64,000 nucleotides of DNA from Rhynchobatus australiae (Eukaryota): positions 25,399,719 through 25,463,718 of the forward strand of contig JAUZTB010000062.1 in the NCBI GenBank assembly GCA_034780895.1, given 5' to 3'. The notes beneath the pieces were generated by a model. It saw nothing but the letters and a program-made list of their open reading frames with translations, did not search any database and had not been told where the DNA came from. This document shows, piece after piece, positions 12,401-22,600 of this stretch. The position numbers were made by a program, and so were the translations under genes. Every line of letters starts with the position of its first letter. Position 1 is the stretch's first letter.

Positions 12401-14799
12401 CTGGCTTCATCTGACAATTTATACTCTCTAATGGTGTTGGAAAGCTGTCAAAAGATCTAGGTTGGCAGAGAGACGGGCACGGCTTCTTCTGTGAGGGTAC
12501 TAACTAATAGGGCTGAGACATGAGGGGCCTGCAACTTAGCCTAAAATCTTGACTGCTCCTTCTTACAAACCTAAAGGATGGGACTGTGGAACCATACAGA
12601 GACCAGCCACACTTTTAACCACATCATGATGAATCCTTTTGACTACAACAGTCATCAAATAACCTGTTCAGAGATGTGTTGTTTCAACACTTGAGTGTCA
12701 AATCCTTTCTGCATTTCCCCTTCATTTTGCCCTGGTATTTCTTAATTTCCATGGTATCCATAATTTGTGCTGAAGCACTTTCTGATTCTCTCCAAAGGCT
12801 TTCAGGGTTGATTGTCTTTCATAATGACACTTCCATTTGGCCCCATGTATTAAACTTTTGTTAATCACAACTCTTGTTCCAGAATAAACTGATCTGTGTT
12901 GCAGTAACTGATGATGCTACAACTCCGTTTGTAACCGAGAAGATTATCAGACTTGCTCTTGACATTCTGAGTGAAATTTGCTCTGGTTCTTGACCCATTT
13001 GGAACTAACGTACATAAAGACAGATTAGTCACATAAAGTTTCCTTTGACTAGTTCTAAATTATGTTGTCTAACATTTACCAAGACAGGATTAATGTAGCA
13101 ATATTTTATTGCTGATCAACAGCATTGTTTTATTACAATATTATTATTTATCATCAACAATGATGAAAAAAGATATTTTTGAAATCATATGGATCTGGCA
13201 GGTTGAGAAGTATTTTCTTTAATCTGTCTACAGCCAATGATTGCCATGCATGCTGACCTACATTGGTTTCTGATTACCATGATTTTAAATGGTTTTCCTT
13301 TGCTTGTTTTCATATCCTCTTCCTAACTCGAACCCCCCTCCCCACACTCCTAACTCCCATGGCCTCACTTCTCGTTATCTGTGCTATCTCCTCCAGCCTC
13401 ACAGCACTCTAAGACCAAAGATTTTGGTCCTTTCAGCACTTAATAGGATGTTGAAGAAGGATATTGCTGCACAAAGCTAATTTTTACCCTGGGTATGTCT
13501 GTCCAGGATAACAAACTTGAACTTGAAGGAGTGTTCACAAACTACAAACAGTGAATGAGTGTAGAATGGGTTGTGAGGGGAAAGCATTGAGTGTCTGGCT
13601 TCATCAGAATACATCTGCCCATGTGAAACCCAAGAACACTTCCATATACATCATAATTAAACGGCAGATGTTAAGCACCCCATGAGCAATGCCACAGATG
13701 GTCAATCAACATTAATAGATGTTAAACCAAAGCAAAGCATTTCAGATGTTGGAAATGTGAAATAAAAGCAGAAACATGTGAATGCAATGGAAATTAAAAA
13801 TAATTCCATATTTCATGTTGATGATTTTCATTATTCCTTGTGATGGTCATTAATCTGAAGTGTTTGCTCTGGTTTCTCTCTCCATAGATCCTATCTGACC
13901 CGTATTTTCAGCCTTTATTTTAAGAAAAACTACATTTCTCTACACCTTATCTGACCATAGATGCCAATATGAACCAGTGCTAATTACTACGCAGTTTCGA
14001 GGGTGAACTGTACTGCTGAAAAATGAATTGTCAAAGTAATTTGAAGGAAGAGGGCCGACTCCCTTCTGCCCTGGCTGATGGGAGTTCCCATTGACATTGC
14101 TATGTTTCATTCAGCCGAGTAATCCGCAGGATTTCCCTTGCTGCCTCTGCCGTTTTGTTTCCCTCTGTATCTATAAACAACGCAGACAGAAAGGGAGGGA
14201 AGAGCCCAACCTTGACCAGAGGAACTGAGTCACTGGAATTCCTGGATAGCGCCCTTTGTAATGATGCATCACAACTGACAGCGTTCCTGCAAACAGGGCA
14301 GGAGCCCGAGCTGATGGAAACCATGAGGTCGGATGGCATCCTCCCACACCAACTCACCGCAACATACACATTATAAATTAACAATTTTATTGCATTCATT
14401 CATAAATTTCCAAGCTTTTTTTTGCTTTATTCTGAAGCAGATAGAAGTCATTAATTAAATCGCCAGACACAAAAATGCGCAACAGTAAATAACACTAAGT
14501 GTGGGTGCTGAATGCCGAAATGCGGCAACGTGTTAGACTCCGGGAGCCAGTCTGCTCTACAGTACAGTTTCTGGGTCTAACTCACAGCAAAGACGTGCTC
14601 CGTAGTGCGCGCTCCTTGCGTTGACTTTGCAAAGCTGGCTAAAATTGGCAGCAGCAACTCTGGCATTTCCTGTTTGTAGTTTGTTTGTGAGTCCCCCCAA
14701 CCGTGGCTGGGACGGTTGCCTGCCACCTCTCGCTTGACAGGAGAGCAGCGAGGCTGATGACGGGTGATCCCCGTTAGCCGGTGTCCAGCCCTCCTCCCG

Positions 14800-14943
14800 C
14801 ACGCTGCCGGGGATTGGAAACTGGCAGCAGACACACCCCAGGCGCCGTGCGTAACCAGGGCGTTGGTCCTTACTAAAGGGGCCACTTTTTAGCTTCAAGT
14901 TTCTTTGACGGGACTTTGCTGTTATCGTTGAGGTCGCTCTCTT

Positions 14944-14983
<40 letters not shown>

Positions 14984-15011
14984 AGCTCGATTATTAAGGA
15001 TCTGCTACAGA
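14800..15011 (+). promoter_or_regulatory. Candidate core promoter and non-coding first exon of PMP22
   Basis: Inverted CCAAT (ATTGG 14813-14817) and TATA-like TACTAAA at 14871. An ATG-free stretch follows, ending at donor AGA|GTAAGT (15012), with an alternative donor at 15110. The acceptor at 16539 upstream of the ATG requires an upstream non-coding exon. The start site is inferred. Confidence 0.5.
14944..14982. repeat. Compound microsatellite (TC)n(CA)12
   Basis: Read directly from the sequence. Confidence 0.95.
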
Positions 15012-16563
15012 GTAAGTTGGATCTCTGCTCTTCTTTTCTCGATGGAAACAACTAAAGATTTTTCTTCTTAATTGAATGCATTCAACTGTGTTCTGACAAC
15101 TCTTGGAAAGTAAGTTTGACAAGATCGTCTGGGACACCCAAACACTTTCTGAAAGTTGTTGGTAATGCACCTACTATTTCCAGCCGATCTGCTGTTTTTA
15201 TAACGCGTCTCATAAAGTAAAATAATACTTTTACTTTCTCGAGGCTGAGAAAAGCCAAGAAAGTTAGTGCGTGCTTTTAATTATAGCCGCACTTTTAATA
15301 GTCATGGTGCAGAGCGCGGCGGGTGTGCAGGAGCGGCCGTGTGAGCGACAAGCAATCTTCTTGCACCATTTTTATTTTTGATTTAGCAACATTCTTGTCC
15401 ATCTGCTTCTGCAGCAAATGTGAATGCATTACTGGCTAACTCAAAGACGTCACTGTGTCACCCCACGAGTGGAATTTGAAACAGTTTTCCAGATGTTGCT
15501 GGGTTTTGCCACATGTTGCAATTTGTTCATTTAACGAATTGGTTGCTGGCTCCATTCCATGTATCGATTATTGATTGTAAAATGCCATTGGAGTTAGTGG
15601 GGTGGGTGGGTGGGGGGTGGGGGGGTGGGTGTTGCCAGGTTAATGTATCCGTTGAAACTGCTGCCTTAACACTTGGTTATGATCACCCGCGCTTGCATGT
15701 TTTAATCTGCACTGAATGTTGGGTGTCAAAAATTGACTTGTTCTCTGACTGAATGGCGCCTTTGTGAGTAGCGCACTGAGTTTGGGACTAAGAAAAACAC
15801 GGCCCCTGAAACTGGCACAGCCGAGATCTCTATCCCAACGGCTATTTTTTTTTCTCTGTTTCGTTCACTCTGAATAGATTGAGAGCCGTCAGGTTGCTTA
15901 ACAGGCTCACGGTTAATTATTGGGAGGGTTAGTATAACCATGACTGGTGGTTTATCTTGTTTTTGTTGAAATGAATGGATCAAACGGCCGATATTGCAAT
16001 TTCTGTGACCAAATTGCAAAAAGGGACATTATCTTGGTGATTCCAATTCGCTGCATGTTTGGAAATTAGCTGTTTGTTGAACCCGGATTTGCATTTAGAG
16101 GAATATAATGCTCTAAAATATTGCAAGGAACAAGGAGAAAATATGTAGCATTCTAATGCATGTTTTAATTTAAAAAAAGCATTTGACCTTTGTTGCCGTG
16201 GAAAACTATGCACCACCTCGTGTTGGATAGGTTTCTAATATTCTTAGATAAGAACAACATAACTATAGCCGATGCAAACTTTCGTCGCAATGAACATTTT
16301 TAGGTATAAAGATTAAACGGATTAAACGGTGCAAGTGAATTTGGTCTACTCGCGATCTAACGGTGCCCGCCGTGGGGCCAGGGGCGTCCTCTATCGGACA
16401 TTCTGTATCCTGCCTTGCTGACACGCCCTGGTTTTAATAAGATCACTGCAGTGGGAGAAAGCGCTAGAGATCGTCGCAGCTCTTTCCAGACAGTTCACAG
16501 GCAACTCACTCCCCTCTTTCTCGGTTCCCTCCTCTACAGTTTTCAACTTTAAAAAGCATCAAA

Positions 16564-16641
16564 ATGATCGTGTTGTTGGCGGGTATCATTGTGCTTCATC
16601 TGACCGTACTGGTTTTGCTGCTTATTTCTACTATTGTTAAT
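16564..16641 (+). CDS. PMP22: PMP22 first coding exon (exon begins 16540 after acceptor ctctacAG; ATG at 16564)
   Basis: Polypyrimidine tract plus AG at 16538-16539. 78 coding nt encode TM1 (same length as in human). Donor GTAAGT at 16642. Not in the ORF track because it is too short. Confidence 0.95.
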
Positions 16642-19600
16642 GTAAGTACATCTGAAATTTTCTGAGTTTAGGCTGACAGATGTAGGTTGTAAAAGTGCAC
16701 TTCGTGTCCCACCCGCTCTCCGCAAGGTTATTATATAGAATATTTTTAACGCTTAAAAGTCATGCACAAGGTCAGATTTAGTCATCGATCAACCTTGGAA
16801 TATATTTATTGATTGTTAAAGCAGTTGAAAGTTTGGTATATTTTCGTTAAAGATCATTTTTATTCGTTTCAGGAACTTAATGCCCGCAGGGGTTGTTCAC
16901 AATTTCTAAATAGAGAATATTGTAGAGTTACATAGAATCCTTTATTGCAGTAAAGTATTTGCATGGTTTTTAATCAATGTGGTGCCATTTTAGTTTAAAG
17001 GGCGTTTTCAGTTACGAAACCTAATGCATTTTTAATTAAATTAAGATTTCCAGATGCTGATTTCAGACTGTTCAGAAATTATATCTGTATAGACCCTAAC
17101 ATTTTCGTTAACTTGGCTTGAGTTTCATCTTCTGCAGAAGACATGTTTGATCTGGTGTGATGTTTGTTTTCTTTGTACAGTCCTGGTGGTATTACAGCGA
17201 ATACAATAGTTTAGATATTTGGCAGAATTGCACATGGATTGAGTCCTGGAACTGCCTGCCATACACTACGAACGGTGAGTGTGTTCCCCTCCTTCCAACT
17301 CAATGTAAACTTTAGAATCTGCTCGTCTAGAGCAAAGACAAGTGGCATAACTGGAAGCAAACTTAGTCACTCGGGGATCGTTCGTGTTTAACGTTTGCTG
17401 GTTAAAAAGAGACGGGGTGAAACACCGCTCGGTTGCAATCAGTAAACTTGCAGCTCTCCTTGGACAGTGTTTTAAGGTGGAGAGATCATGCGGGCGCGGT
17501 CCTGCGAGGTTGTGAAGTCTGGGAGCGCCTAGTGGTCAAGCTACGAAAGTGCACTGAAATGGTCCCATGTGAGAATCTTGGCAACGCCTGGTGCTGCAGA
17601 GTCAGCACTTCGCAGTAAGGGGCTTGGCTGGGATTAGGCAGCAGCAGCGCAACGTAGGCAGAAATCTCTCATTCATTCAAGTCCACTCAGTTCCAATTAA
17701 TTTCCTCCCCCCTAACACGTTGCTTCTATTCTCTCGCCTATCGCCTTTGGCAATATGACATGATGCTCTTGAGCTGGGGTTGCGCTACTCGAATTTAACG
17801 CTGAACAAATAATTAATTAATTTAATGCCAGTCAATTCTATTGGTTTAAATCTTTCCTTTAGTTCCTTTTTATTCAAGATAAATTTGAAAAATATTGACA
17901 TTTGTGTAAATAATTTTTGCAATTGGAACAAACTTTTCATACTGAATATTATAGTGGTTCGGTGTTCTTAAAGCTTGATTTGCTAGGGAGGGTAGGAACA
18001 GTTCAGTGCTGAATTTAACCATACTGTTCGTGATTTGATAGGTGGATTCTTTGAGACTAATCAAATAAGAGTGAGTGAGCTTGCCGATATCTATAAATTG
18101 CGTCACAAGAAAATTTTTGTTTTAGTGATACTGTCTCATAGTCATTTATGGGAGCTTGGCATGTCAAAATGACAATTTCTCTACAACAATGACCGCACTT
18201 CAGAAATATTACATTAGTTGTTAAATCCTTTTTAATACTGCTTGGCAGAACCCACAAAAGGGTCATTTTAGGGCCATTTTGATTTCTATACCATTCCAAC
18301 AGATTATGGTCACTTTAATGCAATCACCTTTGGAACTGGAAATCCCCAATATCAAACCACTCCATCAATTTATTTTCAACGTTAAGAAAATAGTTATATT
18401 ATTTAGTCATGGTTAATAATTGTGCATATTATACCACACCCACATGAAATAAAACTCAAAACATCATTGCAAACAAAACAATTGTGATCAATTTTATTTC
18501 CAAAATGTCCTTGCAGTGAAATTAGGTGTGGAGTACTATTGTGCTTCTATTCATTTCACAGTTCACTGTGAGCATTATAATTTGAAAATTCAGTCTGTAA
18601 CAAGTAGAGTTGAAAAACAACATATAATTAGGACTTCAATTAATTTCATGACATCAAAAGGCCTCCCTGTTTTGAGAATAAAAAATACAGTGTGGTTGGT
18701 GGCAAACAGAGGGATACGTAGCATCTGCAATCATAATGTAACAAATATACGTAATATTCCTTCAACATTCAGAACAAGAGTGATCCAGTCTGTTTAAAAT
18801 AAAACTACTTGAGCTGACTAAAATGGGAATCAATATGTTTGCTTTTTATAATCAGTAAGTTGCTAAATCCATTTACTCCAACATTAATAGTCCCAGTAAT
18901 AATTCTGGAGTTTGTCAACACTTTTAAGCAAAGCACATTGTGTTTATCATTTGAGTTACACAGCAAAAATGTTTTAAAAAATCAAAAATAATAAGTTCTA
19001 CTAACATTCTACAAGATTTTTTTAAATAACCTTTTCTTGATGTCCAAGAAAACTGGTTAAAAACCCCAATACTGCAGACTGGTTAAGATTTGCATCATTT
19101 TTTAAAATTGTGAATAAATAATAGATTGACACTTAAAGATCCAAAGTTTTTAGTGCGGCAGGTACATTGTTACAAATATTCTGCTGCAAGCTCAACATGG
19201 ATAATTACCCCAGCAGTTTTGGTGATAATTTGTTGCTTAATGTCAGTTGGCTGCAGGTAGCATTGCGTCATCTGCCTCCTCCTCACTTGGAGGTCAGAAG
19301 CTTTGCATATTATGCTGCAGAATGGGTGGGAGGCAGAGTGACTGCGCCAGCCATTGTCGGAGTTAGACTGGCACCATCGGAGGTGGAAATGAGAATCTGC
19401 TTTGACCTTTAAAGTAGAGATGTTTTTGTAACGGGTCTGGAATACCAATTGTCCATATAAACAAAAGAATGTGATAAAAGCTGTCATTGCTGAGAAAGAA
19501 AATGCCAGCTCATATTTTGTTTGGAGACTCTTCACCAGAACGTTAACCTTCCCTTACAAAGGCAGGTGGGCTTCCTGCATGTCTCCAATACTCAATGATC

Positions 19601-22600
19601 TTACTTCCTACAAACCACTGCTGCCTGTGTATCTGAGACTTTGAACACACTGCCTCCTTCAGGAAATGATTATTGCTGGCCTTGGGTTCTGAATTCCAAG
19701 CTCTAATTTGCAATTCATGATCATTTTTCTGAGCCACTGTTGCAAAATGCCAGCAAAGTAGGGTGACAATTAATGTTGTGACTAAGAACAGAATAAACTC
19801 TGTTATTAAGTCTGCGCACCTTTTTGTATAAATGATTGCTGGTTTGATAAGTATTGAATGTTAGTAGAACTTACCATTTTTGATTTTTTTTTAATGTTTT
19901 TGTTGTGTAACTCAAATGATAAACACAATATGCTGAGCAATTGGCTAAATAGTACCTGTATATTTCTGACAGCGTGATGTCATTTTGCTAAGTGTATTTA
20001 AATTCTGCCATATCAGCCAACAAACTTGAGCTAAAGGACAATCAAAGACATGTGCATAGCATTACCTTTTTGTAAAAGGGCTGTCGTACTCGGAACCTTA
20101 ATCCAATGTCTGAAATCTCACCCTCTGATAAACTGAAAGAACTTGGAGCAATTTTTTCTTCTGAACACTGGACAAGTACCACCTTTCAGACAATGACATT
20201 GCTCTTGCCCGCCCCCCCCCACCCCATCGTTAGAAGGTCATGGGTTCAAGCCTAACCCTAGAGACCTTTGTGCATTATCCAAGCTGGTATGGTAATGTAA
20301 AAGATGTTGAAGGTGGAGTCATTGACCCTGTTTGCCTATTCCATCTGATGTAAAAGGTCCTACAGAACTAATCAAAGATAACGATAGTTCTCCTTATGTC
20401 CTTAGCCAACATCTATTCTTCAATCACCTTGTGTAGAACTTCTGTATCCTACATAGAACAGTACAGCACAGGAAGAGGCCCTTCGGCCCATGAAGTTGTG
20501 TCGAACTAAGATAATGGCACCTATTTAAACTAATCCTTCCTGCCTGCACATTGTCCATATCCCTCCATTCTCTGCTATCCAAGAACCTCTTAAACACCTC
20601 TTTCATTTCTGCCTCTGCCTCCTCCACCACCACCCCTGGCAGTGCATTCCAGGCACCATCTTCCCCATTGGTGTTTATGGAATATTGCTATCTGTAAATT
20701 GGCTGCAATATTCACCCACGCTTGAGAATAATTCAGTAATTGTGGAATCTAGAGGTCATGAAGAGGAAAATAAAAATCCAAGATTGTTGTAGATGGGGGT
20801 ATGCCTCGTGGTAAACAGTTTAAAGCTGAAGTTGACAGTGGTGCTGATGGCCTATGTTCCTTCAATGCCCTGCTTTGGAGAACTGAGCAAGCATTTGAGC
20901 AGGAAATTGAAGTAGGAAGCTAGTAACTGTCAATGTAAACACGTGACATTTCCACCTTATCTGCATCCACATAAGTGCAGCCCAAGGTTTCGATCCTAAG
21001 GAAACCTCCAGAAAAACAGAAATAATGGGAAAGAAGCAGTTATTTTTTGATCCACGAGATCAATTAGTACCAGTTGGCACTGATGTAGATTTCGTATCCT
21101 TTATGCTAATTTTGTTCTTCCTCAAAAGACAGTGGAAGCTGAGTTGTAGGATATTTTTTAGGCAGAGTTAGATAGACTTCCTGATAAGCAAAGTGGTAAA
21201 ATGTTAGTGGTGATGGGAATGTGGAGGTCACAATCAGGTCTGCTGTGATCTTGTTGAATGATGGAGCAGACTCAAGGGGCTGAGGGCTGTATTCCTGCTC
21301 TGAATTTGGGTGTCATTTCAAGTCTCAATTTTGCAACAATCCAGTGCAATACTGCAGCCTCCAATAGATATTTATCTTTCCGTTTAAATTGATGTTTTTG
21401 TTTACTACAACATTTGTAGAATTGTAAGAGAGTGAAATTATTAGGAATTTACAAATGGATTTTGTGATGCCATGTAACACTTTTCCTTTTGGCCTGTATT
21501 TTCAGAATGGCTGCAAGCTGTTCAGGCAATGATGATTCTGTCAGTCATCTTCAGCTTTCTGTCGGTGATTTTGTTTTTCTGCCAGCTATTTGCACTTCAG
21601 AAAGGAGGTCGATTTTACATCACTGGAGTCTTTCAGCTACTTGCAGGTAAGCTGAAAGATTTACCATCTACATTTTCACCATGTCCATGTAACAATGTAA
21701 AGCAGCTACTTCCTAATTTTGTTGTTGGAGGAATTTTTCTCATTGCATTAAATTGCTCTGCCATAATGAGCATTTACTTTTGAGTTAATGGGTTGTACAT
21801 TGTGAAGCACAAATCACTTGCCTGGGGTTCCAGATACATATCCCTGCCTTCTTCCACTTTGCTAGACATTGACTCACGGTAGTTTTAACTTGTTTCCTCC
21901 TTTGATGAAACTCCCTGAATAATTTGGCTGACAGACAGGTAGGGATGCTGCCACAGCTCTTGTCAAAAGGTGTGAGCTTTGTGCTCTGGTCAAAAGGTGT
22001 GAGGTTGCCTTCAACAGTTGTGTGCCAGAACTGGTTCTGCTGGAGTATCTTTAAAGGTGGAGGACTTGACAATCTAGCTGCAGCACACAGTTCCATAACA
22101 GATGAAAAATACCAGCTTGTCCATCAAGCCTGCCCCGTAATTAAACTGAGCGTTACCCACCACTGGCATCCATTGCATTTCTTGGGGGAGCAGAAACATC
22201 TCACAGAGACGATCCAAACAAGAGCCTGAGGCCGAAGCTGGGAATTCTTCCAAGTGCTTTGAATGCTTGCAGCTGAACCTCTGGATATTTAAATACCTGT
22301 AAGCTTAGTTAACTAGCACACATCCACTTCTGTCTAAATTATGTGAGCGTAGAAATTCATTTGTGCAGTGCTAACGGGTTTGAGTGGCAGTCTTCCGTCT
22401 GTGTGTGAAGTGTCTACATACGGTGCTTGCTGGAGTGAGGTCATCTGCCCTGGAACTTTGGACCTTTGAAATGTGACAAGGAAATGGCTCAGAGTGTGGA
22501 CAGGAAAACAGCCACAAACGGAAGGATACACCCCTTAAAGAGATGGGCCTTACCTGACCATCGTTTTGGTGTACGCTATGGAAAGCTAATGTGGGTTCAG

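Larger units (their letters stand above)
14500..17800. promoter_or_regulatory. CpG-enriched promoter / 5' region of PMP22
   Basis: CpG dinucleotides are visibly dense (e.g. 14590-14940, 15310-15350, 16350-16480, 17370-17660) compared with the CpG-poor background. The region covers the first coding exons. Confidence 0.7.

Noticed and set aside
1-14000. Exons of the expected upstream neighbour TEKT3
   Set aside because: I found no tektin-like peptide in the ORF track or by eye. Short exons cannot be excluded without tblastn.
14557-15051. 164-aa antisense ORF over the PMP22 promoter
   Set aside because: Non-ATG start, runs through a microsatellite (CVCVCV, RERER), and GC-rich DNA is stop-poor. 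No recognisable domain.
21647-21783. In-frame extension of ORF 21529..21783 beyond the exon
   Set aside because: Read-through into the intron past a canonical GTAAGC donor; similarity to PMP22 stops at the donor.
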